The notes: generated by a model not told the origin, from the letters alone. A DNA stretch of 64,000 bases from an uncultured virus (IMG/VR IMGVR_UViG_3300029319_000030) (IMGVR_UViG_3300029319_000030:1-64000), one strand, 5' to 3'. Shown: positions 34,718-46,303, numbered from the stretch's first letter. A program made the numbers and translations.

Positions 34718-37700
34718 TTATTCATCTTCTTCATCATCATCTATAGTTATATTAACAAGTTGATCTTCGTTATTATCAACTGTATTTTCTGCTTCTAATA
34801 ATGGAAAACCTATACCTTGATGAGTAAATCTATCTGTATTATTAGCAAAATTATTTTGATTTGCGTCTCTACTTATTATTCTATTAAACCATTTGTTTTC
34901 TTTTTCAATAAACTCAAAAACTTCTCCTATCTGCAGATCTGTTCTAAAGTTTGAAACAAACCAACCGTTTGTGTTGTTTAAATTATAAAATTCGCCATCT
35001 TGATTATTTTCAGTAACAGAAGCTTGAGAACCTTCATAGTTCATAGTTCTAAAAGATTTAATAACACCAGGCAAATCATTAAACACTACTTCTATAGTAG
35101 AGTTTTGAAATGTTCCATAAAAAGTATTTCTACCTACAGGTGCACCAGCAAGTTGATCTAAAGCGTCTATAGTTATAGGCGCACTAGTGATATGATGCTG
35201 CCAGATATAGTTAGAAATATTAATATCATTATTATTGTTAGGCACACTTTCAGCATCGTAAGCTGTAGTATAATAATTTCCACTACAAGAAACTCCAGTA
35301 CTAAAATAAAAAGTTTTAAAACTAACCCAACCTTTACCTGCTTCATTAAAAGATAAAGTTTCGTCTCTATCAAAAGCTCGACCTGGTCTTAAATAAAGAT
35401 TATATTCACCATTAACAACATCAAAACTACCAATTAAATCTGACCTGTTTCTTAAATTGTTTCTAAAATAAGTTTTCATACCAATGTTAGATATAGGAGT
35501 AATACCGTCTCTTGACAGCCTTAATACAGCGCCTCTTTGTTGGTCTGTAAAATATAATCTATATTGATCACCAGCTAATGACTCTGGATTATTTGATATA
35601 CCGTAATCACCAGCATAAGGAGTGGCGTCACCTAAAACTCTATTAGTAGCTACAAGCTGTGGGTTTCCATCAGCGTTAAATACAGCATCTTTGTTTGCTA
35701 GTACTTTTAAAACCTTGTCTTCAGTAAATACAGCGATATTATTTTGTCTTGTTTTTAAAGCTTGTATAGAGCCATAAGCTGGATTTAAATTCTTAGTAAT
35801 CTTTTCCGCCATGTTAAACTCGTTAAGATTATTAACGCTCGATACGGAGTTATACAAACCAGAATGTATTAAACCACTACCTATTCTTTCTTCACCATAT
35901 TCTAAAAATGTAGAAGAAACTCTACAGCCGTTGTCTATTTGTGGCGCATTAAAGTCGTCGCGAATTCTATCAGACTCTACACCATTACCAAAAGAATAAC
36001 AATTAAACCATGGTAGCTTAACAGGGTATTTCCAAACGTTAGTATCTACTTTAAACACGCCGGTTTGTTTAGCAAATGTTAAAGTATATTCACTTGCTGT
36101 TTGTAGTTTGTTATTTAAAAAAACAAGTATACCACCGAATATAGGTAAAGAAAAATTAACATTTGTACCTACCAAAACATTACCTGTGCCATTAACTGTT
36201 CCATCATCAAAGACGTTCATACCAAGAGAGGCTACAGATCCTAATGATCCATCAGCGCCTTCTGCAAGTATTGCGTTACCGTTAGTGTCTAAAATATTAT
36301 TAAATATGAACAAAGCGGTTCCGCCACCTGGAACTTCATCAGTCATAATAACTAATGGGTTACCATTGTCGTCAGTAGAAGGTATTGTAAAGGTAAATCT
36401 TCTTGATAAACGTAAACCTTGTTTACCGCTTAAGCCAGATGCTAAGTCGTAATGATCTAATATTTTAGTTTCTGTTTGAAACCCATTGTTTCTTCTAAAA
36501 CAAACTTGATCTCCAACGCTAACACCATTAGATATTTGCATTCCAGCAAAAAAGTCAACTATACCTTCGGCTTCTCCCGATATTGTTTGTAAAGGCAAGC
36601 TTGTATCAATAAAATTTCCAAAAAAATCTGGTCCTAACTGAGTAACTCTACTTATTAAAACACCATCATCACCGTAAAAATTACTGGCAAAAGCTGTAGG
36701 ATCAACTGATGGGTACAAATTATTAATAGAACTGTCTTCTGGGTTTTGCGACCTAGGTTTTATATAAAAATTACTAGCTACTGACCTATTTAAACTTGAG
36801 TTTATATAGCTTTGTATATTGTTTTCTTTTAAAACAATTGGTATAGCGGGGCTAGCTTCGTAATATAAGTCTATATCAACATTTTCTTTTGGTTCTGTTT
36901 CAAAACACGCTGCTGCAGTTTCTATAAAATCAGAAGATACTTCAGAATCTACTGACATATTTAAAAACTCTATTTTAAAAGAACCTAAACCGTCGTGTGT
37001 AACTAATCCTCTAGGATCAAAACTACCTGGATTTATACCAGTTCCTTCAATAGGTAGTCCTAGTGAGTCTACTCTAGCAAATCTAACTATAATGCTAGAT
37101 CTAAATAAAGCAGNNNNNNNNNNTGTGGTGTTTTGAGTACTAACGCCGCTTTCAAAAAAATTAACAATAGGTCTACGTTTGCTAGTTCCCATTGTTATAG
37201 GTCCTTCAAAATCTGTAAAACCATCTATTCCAATCGCGTTTGGATCAACGTAATATTGTAAGTTATTTCCGTCCGGGTTATTTATTCCGTCGTAAAAATC
37301 AAAATTTAGACTATCAAATCCATTTACAACATCTCCACCGCTTAAGCCAAAGCCAATTATGTTTCTATCACCACCAGTAAAAGCATTCATGTTAGCGTTT
37401 CCGTGCATTTGAAACTCACCAAAGTTGTTTCCTCTAACTCTTTCTATTACTTCTTTGTTTTCTATTACTACATAAACCTGACCTGGGTCATCAGCAAATC
37501 TAAAATACTGACCAACGTTTTGCATTTTTAATTTAAAGTTAGCTCCAACGCCAGTAGATTCATTCCATTGATCAACTAATTCTTCTCCAGTAACTATAGA
37601 AAATGCTAATTGGCCTAATTCATTTCCAGTTGCTTTACCTTGAGAAAGTCCTGGCGGAATAAAGCTCATCCTGTTTCTGCTACTAAACTCGCTATAAAGA

Positions 37701-40700
37701 TATGTAAGTACTCCATAAGTAGGGTTTTGACCGTATACATGTAGGTTAGAATTATCACTTGGAGCATCTGAGTCTCCTAGTTGTTGTTTTGGATAATTAG
37801 CAAAAGCACTTACTGGTAAAGGTTGAAACTCTTTGCTAGTGTCTCCATCTTCATAATAACCACAGTCAAACTTTGATAATATATAACCTTGGTGACTTAC
37901 CCATGGATTATCATCTTGATCTGCTAAATCTTCATCTTCAGCTAAAGTAAACATTCTATTATAGCCATAAGCTGCTGGAGCTTCATCTATAAATATATTT
38001 GTTGTTTTGTTTTCGTTCCAAGTTTGCCAAAAGTTTCTAGTTTTTATAAAATTACCAGGACCAAATGCTGGTATTGTTTTAAGTTGACTAGCGTGAAACT
38101 CTGGATAAATACCAGAACCTTCTTGACTACCGTAAAAAGAAGCTGTACCACCAGTATAATTATCTGATCCAGAAGAAACATAATCATCTACTGTAGATAT
38201 AGTAAAATTACCACTACCGAATACAGTATCTGAGTATGCTTGTGAAGTGTCACCTGAAAACGGAAGGCCATTTGCGGCTGGTGATGGGTTTTGAGATTTA
38301 TTAGCTATATAAGCAATGTCATAAGTTTGACCTGCTTCTACAGTGTAACTCACGTTAGCTGAGTTTAAAACTTGCTGCTCTAATGTATTATCTTTTTTTA
38401 TTTTAGCAAAAAATCTACCATCAAACTCAGGAGAATTTACTATCTCAACGTCTCTATACTGATAGTAATAACGAATGTGGTTTTGGTCATCTTCTTCGTC
38501 ATTTATAGAACCATTATCAACAAGAGTTGTATCTGGCAGTCCTTCAGCGACAGAGTCTACACCTACGCCTGCTAATCTATTACGAATTTTTTGATACATA
38601 TCAGCTTCTTCTTCTGTAAATGCTTCAGCTATAGACACACCGTTGTTATATATTTGAGTAACAAGTTTAAAAGGACTTTCGGCTGTTACAGTCGTGCCTG
38701 CCAAAGGACCTTGATAAACATCAAACTCGCCTACTAATCTAACTTCTTTGTCTCCATTAAAAGAAGTAGACACTATTGGTTCTTGATTAACGTATGTTGT
38801 AGATGTATATATTCTAGTAGTATTTATTAAACCTTTTGGAACAGTATCTACCTCTGGATTTTCACCGTTTTCTACATCGTAAATACCCTCTCTAGTAATT
38901 CTTATTTTATTAAATAGTCTTTCTCTTCTCTTTATAAAATCAGGAGCGTCATTTTCAATAGCTAATATTCTATATCTAGCTTTTTCAAATACTATATTTT
39001 GATTTCCATGTCCATTTTTTAATAGCAAATAAGTTTCCTCGTCAACTTTGTTTCTATCAGAAGATGGAAAAGCTAACCAAACAGCGCCGTCGCCGGAGTC
39101 GTACCATCTATCTAATATTAAATTGTAATACTCGTTACTAGTTTCTTTAACATAATACTTAACATAACTCATCCAGTCCAATGGCTGCTCTTGCCACTCT
39201 TGTTGAAGTTCAAATTTATTACTTAATCCACATAAAAACTTATCAACAGTTGTATCTCCTGTTATTGTCTCTCCTGAAAAAGTTTTAAAACCGCTAGCTA
39301 AAACTGGCGTTTCTCTACCGTTTTCATCTCCAAAAACCATGCCCCATTTATAAGATCTCATAGTTTTTACAGATCTTTTAGGTATAGGAAAATCTACATC
39401 TTCTGAAACTATAGCTTGCTTTAAACCAACTATAGTATTTATATCATAGCCTTGTAAATAGTTACCATAAACTAATCTACCAGCAGTAACTTCTTGAGCT
39501 AAAGCAGATCTTGGTACGTTGTCCCATGTTCTAAGTATTTGATTAGAAGGTAAAACTCTATTTATCATTTCTGATGTTATAGTTAAAGAACCGTTTGTTG
39601 ATTGTGCGCCATTAACAAAGTCTTCCCACTCTTGATTAAGTTCTCTAGTTATACTTTTAACTACATAAACATTAGAGTCGTCAGTTGTTTTCCATAGTAT
39701 ATCTACAGTTCTAACATCATTAGGTCTAATAGAGTCGTCTGGTATAAAATCTATAACAGTTAATTTTCTAAGCTTATTAGCCATGCCTATATTATGACCT
39801 TCTTTAGCTGTGTACAAAAATGTACCAGGCAAAAAAGCTAATTCAGACCAAGGTGAAAAAGCAGAGCACTCTCCATCTTCATACTTATATCTATAACCAA
39901 ATCTACCAAATTTAGTTTCAAATAACGGATCTTTTTGCTCAAGCTCAACAGCCCATTTTTTTGGAACATACGTTTCTAGTAATTCATCAACAAAAGTACA
40001 TCTAACTCTGTGGTACGTATTATCTTCATCTGCAGACTCTAATCCAACTTCTATTACTTGAACTACAACGCCGATTGATAAATTTTCTACATCTGTACNN
40101 NNNNNNNNACTAGTAAATTTAAATATATCATTTAACCTAACATCTACGTTATTAGGAAAAGGTATAACTCTTTCAGATCCAATACTTGCAACCTCATCAC
40201 CTTCCTCAACAATACCATAGTCTATTTCAAAGTTACCTTCAATCTCACCGTCTAAATCAAAATCAGTAGGCGATGTATAATAACTAACAAAACCACCACC
40301 TACACCATCTTCTATTGGATAATCTATAGTGAAAGAAGACATACCCGGTCTATCAGTATCACTCATTATTAAAGAAGGTGGTGTTACAGGTTTTTTTCTT
40401 ATAACAGTTACGTTTTCTTTTTTAACATCAGCATGATGAAATATAATGTCAACATCGTCTGCAAACGCAGTTGCTTCGTCATTTAGACCAAGATTTTCAA
40501 CGCTAGTTATAGGAAGCAAATCATTATTAGGATCATTTACAAATAACTTAGTGTGCTTTGGGTCTATTAAATAACTATCAGCACTTTGTATAGACGAGTT
40601 TGTAAAACCATTAAAATTATTTTCTTCAATAATAGTACCTGCTATAGATCTTTCTATATTTATTTTCTTTGGCTCGTTGACACCATCTGACCAAAATATT

Positions 40701-41533
40701 AAGTTGTCTACTATATTAACTGAATTAGTTATTATATTTTCGTAATCAAATTCTAAAACTCTTTCAGGATGTACAGCTTTAACAACCATTGTTTCTGGAT
40801 TTGATGTTAAGTCAGCCGTTTGTTCAAATCTTAATTTTAATTCATTTCCATCTATAGAAGCTATTTCTATACCACCTACATTACCATCTTCATCAGATAG
40901 TAAATTTTCAATACCACCACCAACAGCTTCTGATTGAATAAACAGCTTCATACCAACTCTATATTGATATCCATCAACGACAGTTATAGTATTCCAAGGT
41001 GTAGTAGTTCCGTTTGGTAAATTAGAAATAGTGGTAAAACAATTTATTCCTGTATCACCAGCTCCACTTATAAGAGGTTCTGTTATAGCATATCTATCTA
41101 CAAATACAGGTTCAGAAAAGTCTTCTAAAGTACTGACTCTAACTATACTATCAACCCAAACTCTTCTACCACCTAAAGGAGCATTTTGCAAAATAGTAGC
41201 AACTTGTATACCTTGAGCAATGCTATTATTTAAAGCTGGTGGAGATGCTGCGAAAAAATAAACAAAATCATTTTTTTCATCAGCTTTTGTAGCTATTATT
41301 CTAGTGTTATCAGCAGGCAACTGGTAGTTTGTTGTATTAAAAACTTGACCTACAGCAGAGTTACCTTTTACATTTTGTGCCGTACCAGCATCACCTTCAC
41401 CCTCGTTTCCAGTTGAGTCAGTTGTTCTAACTTGTATATTTTGTGCATCTCTATATTCACCGTTACGAACTAATCTTTCGTCAAGATCTTTGTTCATTTT
41501 ACCGGCTGTAAATGTATGTTTAATTTCCGGCAT
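34718..41533 (-). CDS. large tail hub/stabilisation (nozzle) protein
   Basis: N-terminal FTAGKMNKDLDERLV.NGEYRDA.N, LIFWSDGVNEPKKINI, C-terminal propeller motifs (YGISNNPES, YFTD..RGAVLRLS, GWVSF); contains two N gaps. Confidence 0.75.
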   Translation of the reverse strand: MPEIKHTFTAGKMNKDLDERLVRNGEYRDAQNIQVRTTDSTGNEGEGDAGTAQNVKGNSAVGQVFNTTNYQLPADNTRIIATKADEKNDFVYFFAASPPALNNSIAQGIQVATILQNAPLGGRRVWVDSIVRVSTLEDFSEPVFVDRYAITEPLISGAGDTGINCFTTISNLPNGTTTPWNTITVVDGYQYRVGMKLFIQSEAVGGGIENLLSDEDGNVGGIEIASIDGNELKLRFEQTADLTSNPETMVVKAVHPERVLEFDYENIITNSVNIVDNLIFWSDGVNEPKKINIERSIAGTIIEENNFNGFTNSSIQSADSYLIDPKHTKLFVNDPNNDLLPITSVENLGLNDEATAFADDVDIIFHHADVKKENVTVIRKKPVTPPSLIMSDTDRPGMSSFTIDYPIEDGVGGGFVSYYTSPTDFDLDGEIEGNFEIDYGIVEEGDEVASIGSERVIPFPNNVDVRLNDIFKFTSXXXXTDVENLSIGVVVQVIEVGLESADEDNTYHRVRCTFVDELLETYVPKKWAVELEQKDPLFETKFGRFGYRYKYEDGECSAFSPWSELAFLPGTFLYTAKEGHNIGMANKLRKLTVIDFIPDDSIRPNDVRTVDILWKTTDDSNVYVVKSITRELNQEWEDFVNGAQSTNGSLTITSEMINRVLPSNQILRTWDNVPRSALAQEVTAGRLVYGNYLQGYDINTIVGLKQAIVSEDVDFPIPKRSVKTMRSYKWGMVFGDENGRETPVLASGFKTFSGETITGDTTVDKFLCGLSNKFELQQEWQEQPLDWMSYVKYYVKETSNEYYNLILDRWYDSGDGAVWLAFPSSDRNKVDEETYLLLKNGHGNQNIVFEKARYRILAIENDAPDFIKRRERLFNKIRITREGIYDVENGENPEVDTVPKGLINTTRIYTSTTYVNQEPIVSTSFNGDKEVRLVGEFDVYQGPLAGTTVTAESPFKLVTQIYNNGVSIAEAFTEEEADMYQKIRNRLAGVGVDSVAEGLPDTTLVDNGSINDEEDDQNHIRYYYQYRDVEIVNSPEFDGRFFAKIKKDNTLEQQVLNSANVSYTVEAGQTYDIAYIANKSQNPSPAANGLPFSGDTSQAYSDTVFGSGNFTISTVDDYVSSGSDNYTGGTASFYGSQEGSGIYPEFHASQLKTIPAFGPGNFIKTRNFWQTWNENKTTNIFIDEAPAAYGYNRMFTLAEDEDLADQDDNPWVSHQGYILSKFDCGYYEDGDTSKEFQPLPVSAFANYPKQQLGDSDAPSDNSNLHVYGQNPTYGVLTYLYSEFSSRNRMSFIPPGLSQGKATGNELGQLAFSIVTGEELVDQWNESTGVGANFKLKMQNVGQYFRFADDPGQVYVVIENKEVIERVRGNNFGEFQMHGNANMNAFTGGDRNIIGFGLSGGDVVNGFDSLNFDFYDGINNPDGNNLQYYVDPNAIGIDGFTDFEGPITMGTSKRRPIVNFFESGVSTQNTTXXXXALFRSSIIVRFARVDSLGLPIEGTGINPGSFDPRGLVTHDGLGSFKIEFLNMSVDSEVSSDFIETAAACFETEPKENVDIDLYYEASPAIPIVLKENNIQSYINSSLNRSVASNFYIKPRSQNPEDSSINNLYPSVDPTAFASNFYGDDGVLISRVTQLGPDFFGNFIDTSLPLQTISGEAEGIVDFFAGMQISNGVSVGDQVCFRRNNGFQTETKILDHYDLASGLSGKQGLRLSRRFTFTIPSTDDNGNPLVIMTDEVPGGGTALFIFNNILDTNGNAILAEGADGSLGSVASLGMNVFDDGTVNGTGNVLVGTNVNFSLPIFGGILVFLNNKLQTASEYTLTFAKQTGVFKVDTNVWKYPVKLPWFNCYSFGNGVESDRIRDDFNAPQIDNGCRVSSTFLEYGEERIGSGLIHSGLYNSVSSVNNLNEFNMAEKITKNLNPAYGSIQALKTRQNNIAVFTEDKVLKVLANKDAVFNADGNPQLVATNRVLGDATPYAGDYGISNNPESLAGDQYRLYFTDQQRGAVLRLSRDGITPISNIGMKTYFRNNLRNRSDLIGSFDVVNGEYNLYLRPGRAFDRDETLSFNEAGKGWVSFKTFYFSTGVSCSGNYYTTAYDAESVPNNNNDINISNYIWQHHITSAPITIDALDQLAGAPVGRNTFYGTFQNSTIEVVFNDLPGVIKSFRTMNYEGSQASVTENNQDGEFYNLNNTNGWFVSNFRTDLQIGEVFEFIEKENKWFNRIISRDANQNNFANNTDRFTHQGIGFPLLEAENTVDNNEDQLVNITIDDDEEDE

Positions 41534-41535
41534 AA

Positions 41536-42945
41536 TTATTTAATTTGTTTACCCATACCTTTAAGTACTTGTGTAAATTCTTCTATTTTAATATTTGATA
41601 ATCTTATTTTTGCTTTTCTAGTTTCGGCAAATTTTTCTTTTTTAAACCTCTGTATTATAAAAGGTGGTATATTAGACCTTGTAGATAATATTCCGTAAGC
41701 TATATGTTTATAACAAGCTTCTTCACAGAATTTATGTACAACCATTTCAGCGTCAGTACCTAAACCATCGCTAACGTAATGAAGCGTTATTGTTTCTCCA
41801 GCTAAATCTGAACTAAATTTTATTAAACCTCTTAATTGATCTATAAAAAAGCTACCATTCATTTGAGCAAACTGCGGTTCTAAACCATATCTTCTACCTT
41901 CAGCTGTTACTTCAGCATCGGTAACATAGTCAATATCATGTAATTGATAATCTACTGGAGTTTGGCTTTGAAAGTTTTCAGACGTATTACTAGGAACTTG
42001 CTCTGTTATTGTGTTGCCACCAAATCCACCATTTGTTAAAACTATACTATAATTTGAATCTACAGTAGTGTCATCAGTACCCGCAGACTGAAAGCCCTCT
42101 ACAACACCAACCAATGTACTTGTTATTGTTGCACCAGTAAGAGTTGTTTGAGCTAGTGCTTGTGTTAAAACATCGGTGCTAAAAACTAGAGAGTTATTGT
42201 AAGTTACAGTAACCGTGTTTCCAGAAACAGAAGCTGTATGTTTTCCAAACAAATTTATTTGATCTGCTAATTTAATAGCAACTTCATTAGCACTATAAGA
42301 CGCTCCTATAGAAGCTCCTGCTAAATCTACAAAAAAGTTAGGCCCAAGCTCTTCACCAGATGGTTCAACAGTATCAAGATTGTCACCGTCTGTATTAAAT
42401 ATAAAATAAACTTTATATAAACCCGTTGCTTCACCAGTAGTAAAGTCAATAGCACCACCACCTGCAGGCTGCATAAGCAATTGCAAATAATCACCATCAG
42501 TTATTTGAGAAGAGTCTGGAACTGTTAATGTTAAAACTCTTTTGTCATCAAACTGATAAACACCATCTGAGTCTTGAGTTATAGCAAACGGATCAGAAGT
42601 TTTTCTAGCGGGATATAAAACCCTTTCTATACCATCACTACCAATTCTAGCTAACTTAACATAGTTAACATAATCTTGTGGTAATATCATAGATAGTGTA
42701 TTAGGCACTTCTATTTCTTGAGATTTAAAAGATTTTAAAACATCGTATGATAATTCTTGTACGGCACGCATAGCGTGAAACTGAACATCTGTTCTACTAA
42801 CCTTGCTTATTATTTTACTTTCACCAACATATATATACATGAAGGCGTTTATAATACTTTCTAAAGTTACAAACTGATAATCACCATAATTAGCAGAATT
42901 ACTAGAGTTATAATATTGACTTGGAGTTTGACTTAATAATCCCAT
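41536..42945 (-). CDS. tail ring/adaptor protein
   Basis: LPQDYVNYVK, LHYVSDG, VHKFCEEA; between head and nozzle genes. Confidence 0.65.
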   Translation of the reverse strand: MGLLSQTPSQYYNSSNSANYGDYQFVTLESIINAFMYIYVGESKIISKVSRTDVQFHAMRAVQELSYDVLKSFKSQEIEVPNTLSMILPQDYVNYVKLARIGSDGIERVLYPARKTSDPFAITQDSDGVYQFDDKRVLTLTVPDSSQITDGDYLQLLMQPAGGGAIDFTTGEATGLYKVYFIFNTDGDNLDTVEPSGEELGPNFFVDLAGASIGASYSANEVAIKLADQINLFGKHTASVSGNTVTVTYNNSLVFSTDVLTQALAQTTLTGATITSTLVGVVEGFQSAGTDDTTVDSNYSIVLTNGGFGGNTITEQVPSNTSENFQSQTPVDYQLHDIDYVTDAEVTAEGRRYGLEPQFAQMNGSFFIDQLRGLIKFSSDLAGETITLHYVSDGLGTDAEMVVHKFCEEACYKHIAYGILSTRSNIPPFIIQRFKKEKFAETRKAKIRLSNIKIEEFTQVLKGMGKQIK

Positions 42946-42947
42946 AA

Positions 42948-43739
42948 TTAACTATTTTGTTCTTGTTTTTTTAACTGTAAAGACAGTGCGCCTCCTTCAG
43001 ATATATCTGGCTGCTTCATCATTACACCAGCTAGTATTAATATTCTTGCAACTAAATCTTCTTCTTCACTAACGTGTAATTCAAAGTCTTGTAAATCATT
43101 TGCAGCACCATTATATATTGCTTTATTAGAAACAACTATATATGGCCAGTTTGGTGGCTGTGGTCTTTTATAAAAGCTAACTACAAATGTTTCAGAGTCT
43201 AACACACCATCAGCAGGAGTTGAAGTATCAATATTAAGTGTATCAGTTGTCACGGCTGGCATGACATTTAAAAATGTGCCACCGTTCATATCTTGCCTAA
43301 CAAAAACAGATCTATTTAATGTAGCTTTTGTTAATGGATTACCTTCAGTATTATGTATTTGACTTTTATTTATTGGAGCAACAACAGTTCCATTGCCCCT
43401 AGTTACTCTAACTAATTTGTGTATATTTAAAGCTGATATATCTAAGCCTGTTGAAGGCGATGGAGTAGCTGTTGTATTTGTATTTACAGCAACATTTATT
43501 GTTGTGTCTACAAGAAAAGGTTGTAATTTTTCTTCTAACATTTCTATTTCATCAGCATAAAGCATTTGATTTTTCATTTTTGTTTCAGCCATTTTTATTC
43601 CATGGAAATAATTATTATATATTTCCATTTGAGCTTTATCAGCAAATAAATTAAATTCTTGAGGTGTTATATAACCTCTTTGCTCTTTATTAGCTATTGC
43701 TAAAACTTTTTGATACACTCTGTTTATTTCTACTGCCAT
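42948..43739 (-). CDS. head-tail connector/ring protein
   Basis: VLAIANKEQRGYITPQEFNLFADKAQ, YKRPQPPNW, DFELH. Confidence 0.65.
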   Translation of the reverse strand: MAVEINRVYQKVLAIANKEQRGYITPQEFNLFADKAQMEIYNNYFHGIKMAETKMKNQMLYADEIEMLEEKLQPFLVDTTINVAVNTNTTATPSPSTGLDISALNIHKLVRVTRGNGTVVAPINKSQIHNTEGNPLTKATLNRSVFVRQDMNGGTFLNVMPAVTTDTLNIDTSTPADGVLDSETFVVSFYKRPQPPNWPYIVVSNKAIYNGAANDLQDFELHVSEEEDLVARILILAGVMMKQPDISEGGALSLQLKKQEQNS

Positions 43740-43749
43740 TTGTTTCTAT

Positions 43750-43770
43750 TTTACTATAATATAGTTACAT
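43750..43770 (-). promoter_or_regulatory. putative late promoter
   Basis: Identical to 32784-32804; just downstream of a terminator and 10 nt before ATG 43739. Confidence 0.7.
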
Positions 43771-43792
43771 AATAAAGTGAAAGGTTAGCCTC

Positions 43793-43825
43793 AAATAAAA
43801 ATAGCCACCCGTTGAGGTGGCTATT
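43793..43825 (-). terminator. intrinsic terminator
   Basis: Minus strand AATAGCCACC-tcaacg-GGTGGCTATT followed by a T-rich tail. Confidence 0.8.
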
Positions 43826-43844
43826 AATATTAAGTTAAAAGATA

Positions 43845-44696
43845 TTAATTAAGTCTTTTTTCTATATTTTGATATATCTCCATACCTTCATCAGTTTTAA
43901 ACCAATGAGCTAGAGCGGTATATGGATGCTCATCAAAAGGAACTGTCATAATTTTTCTACCAGTAGTTCCCCACTCAAAGTGTCTTTGATCTTGTGATAA
44001 TCTTATTATGTTGCTTTCCACAGCTTTAATACCAAAGTTTCTAAGCTGAACATTATCGTCGTTCGCTAATTCTAAGAATAAACTAGGATTATTTCTAGCA
44101 AACAGTAGTAAATCTCTTTTAAGTTCTTTAGAACTCATTTCATTTACTTCTGATCCCTTTTCTACTCTCATTATAGCTTCAGCTAAATCAATATCAATTT
44201 GTCTCGCCATTAGTATAGCATCGGCTTCTAACTCTAAAACTTCAATTTCGTTTTGAGCAACTTCAACCGGCTTGTACTCGTAAAATATACTACCGTTGTG
44301 AGGATGATATAAAGATAAAAATTTTTGCAATGTAGCTTTTTCTTTTGGTACATATAAACTTCCGCTTCTAAAAACAATATGCTCTAATCTTTGATCGCCT
44401 TTCATTTCATCAACAAAACACGTTCTTTGGTTTTGACAATACTTTATTTCTCTTTCGTAACCTTTTTCTTCATCAAACCAAAATAAATTAGAAGTTCTTA
44501 TAGAATATGATAAAGGTTTTTTTCTTCCTTTTAAATAATAAACTCTATCTTTTATTTCCCAATTATTTTTTAGTTTAGCTTTTATTTTAGGAGCTTCAAC
44601 CTTATGTTGTTCTTTTACAACCGGCTGTTCTTCAACAGCAACTGTTTCTTCAACTATAGGCTCCTCAACCTTAGTTGTTTGTTTTTTCTTTGCCAT
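43845..44696 (-). CDS. conserved phage protein downstream of the major capsid gene
   Basis: 283-aa ORF flanked by terminators. Confidence 0.75.
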   Translation of the reverse strand: MAKKKQTTKVEEPIVEETVAVEEQPVVKEQHKVEAPKIKAKLKNNWEIKDRVYYLKGRKKPLSYSIRTSNLFWFDEEKGYEREIKYCQNQRTCFVDEMKGDQRLEHIVFRSGSLYVPKEKATLQKFLSLYHPHNGSIFYEYKPVEVAQNEIEVLELEADAILMARQIDIDLAEAIMRVEKGSEVNEMSSKELKRDLLLFARNNPSLFLELANDDNVQLRNFGIKAVESNIIRLSQDQRHFEWGTTGRKIMTVPFDEHPYTALAHWFKTDEGMEIYQNIEKRLN

Positions 44697-44716
44697 AATA
44701 TAATATAATAAAAATT

Positions 44717-44754
44717 AAAAAAAAATATAAGGGCGATACTAGACCGCCCTTATA
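44717..44754 (-). terminator. intrinsic terminator after the capsid gene
   Basis: TATAAGGGCG-N9-CGCCCTTATA with a T run on the minus strand. Confidence 0.8.
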
Positions 44755-44765
44755 AATAAATAGTC

Positions 44766-46283
44766 TTACTTCATCAACATAAAGTTGTTAGCACCTTGAG
44801 TAACTAAACATCTTTCAGTTAAGAAGTGTAACTGCATTGCATCAAGTGCTGATGTAGCAGCTCCAACAGAACCAGTGACCCAAGTCTTCATTCTTCGATC
44901 ATCAGTTGCAGAAGCTCTATATCTAACGTGTAAGAACGGTCGCTTTAGGTTTTTACCTAATTGCTGATCGTACACAGTAGATGTACCAGCTGGAATCATA
45001 ACACCTCTAATAGCTTCAGCGCCAGCAGCATCATTAATACTTCCTCTTGTAGCTTTATCATTTAGGTATCTAAAGTCAGACTTGTAGAAGTCGTAAGAAC
45101 CTCTTCGGAAACCTGAAAAACCTAAATTTAATGCCATATCTTCGTCGTTGTCAAACACTCCATATGAAGTACCTCCAGCTCCGTAAGAGTTCATTGAAGC
45201 AAGCATATCATCAATACCTAAGCTAGTTGCACGATTAACAAACATCATGTATTCTTCAATAGCACCTTGTTTGTCAAACTCAGCTAATATAGCGTCGAAC
45301 TCAGCTAAATCAGTAGCAGCGTTAATACCAGTAACACCAGTAGTAATATTACCTCTGTCTTCGATAGCATCAAATAAACCTTGAGTACCAACATTACCAG
45401 CACCTGCAGCAGAACCTGTAATAACGTTTGATCCGTCAGCTAAAGATCCAGCATCATTTTTCTTTGATTCAAGCATAGCCATTTCAATGTAATCATTGAA
45501 TCTAGCTCTTGTATCAGCTTCTGCTTTTAAATACCAAAGATATCCACCTTGTCCTGATTCAGAAGTTACTTCTACCCAACCAATTCTAGAAGAATCTGAT
45601 CCAGATACTTCGTAGTAATCTTTCATAATAATCGGCTTGTTAGTAAAAGTTTTAAAGTCAGGCTCGTTAGCACCTCTTGAATCAGATTGATTTTCAGACG
45701 TACCACCTTCCATGTATCTTGATCCTTTACCAAACTCAGAACCATATACTAATATAGTACACGATTTTTCAGCGTTTGAATCAGCTACTAAACCATTCGC
45801 TGTATCATAAGCAGTAATACTAATAAATTGATTAGTTCTTCCAACAACTAAACATTTAAAAACTCCAGCAGAGTTAGCAACGATAACAGTGTCGTTAACT
45901 CTAATACCATGCTTTGTAGCATCGAAGTCAGTTGTTTCATCAATATCATGAGTTATTGTTAATTTAGTAGTAGCGCCAGTACCAGCATTATCACCTTGGT
46001 TAGTATCACCTGTAGCTATTTTACCTTTATAAGAAAGGTGTAGTCTACCTTGTTCAGACCATACAACTTGATCAGATGTCATAGCCTCTTCTGCACCGAC
46101 TTGTGATAAGAAACCAGAAATTGTTCTTGGTCCGAAAACCTCAGCTTCTTGTTCCATTAAGTCTGGCAGGTATTGTTGTCTCCAGTCGTTAGTGGAGCTT
46201 GTAAAATCTAAATAATTTGAAGCGAACGTTTGCTTTTGTGGAGCAGGCACGCTATTCAAATTATCACCAGGATTAATTGCCAT
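44766..46283 (-). CDS. major capsid protein
   Basis: 505 aa; order terminase-portal-scaffold-this gene; followed by a terminator; QQYLPDL, WSEQGRLH, LNLGFSGFRRGSYDFYK motifs. Confidence 0.8.
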   Translation of the reverse strand: MAINPGDNLNSVPAPQKQTFASNYLDFTSSTNDWRQQYLPDLMEQEAEVFGPRTISGFLSQVGAEEAMTSDQVVWSEQGRLHLSYKGKIATGDTNQGDNAGTGATTKLTITHDIDETTDFDATKHGIRVNDTVIVANSAGVFKCLVVGRTNQFISITAYDTANGLVADSNAEKSCTILVYGSEFGKGSRYMEGGTSENQSDSRGANEPDFKTFTNKPIIMKDYYEVSGSDSSRIGWVEVTSESGQGGYLWYLKAEADTRARFNDYIEMAMLESKKNDAGSLADGSNVITGSAAGAGNVGTQGLFDAIEDRGNITTGVTGINAATDLAEFDAILAEFDKQGAIEEYMMFVNRATSLGIDDMLASMNSYGAGGTSYGVFDNDEDMALNLGFSGFRRGSYDFYKSDFRYLNDKATRGSINDAAGAEAIRGVMIPAGTSTVYDQQLGKNLKRPFLHVRYRASATDDRRMKTWVTGSVGAATSALDAMQLHFLTERCLVTQGANNFMLMK

Positions 46284-46303
46284 AATATATTTTTTTTAAA
46301 TTG

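Noticed and set aside
37114..40108. X runs in the 2271-aa tail protein
   Set aside because: N gaps at 37114-37123 and 40099-40108; true length is uncertain and there is no evidence for introns or inteins.
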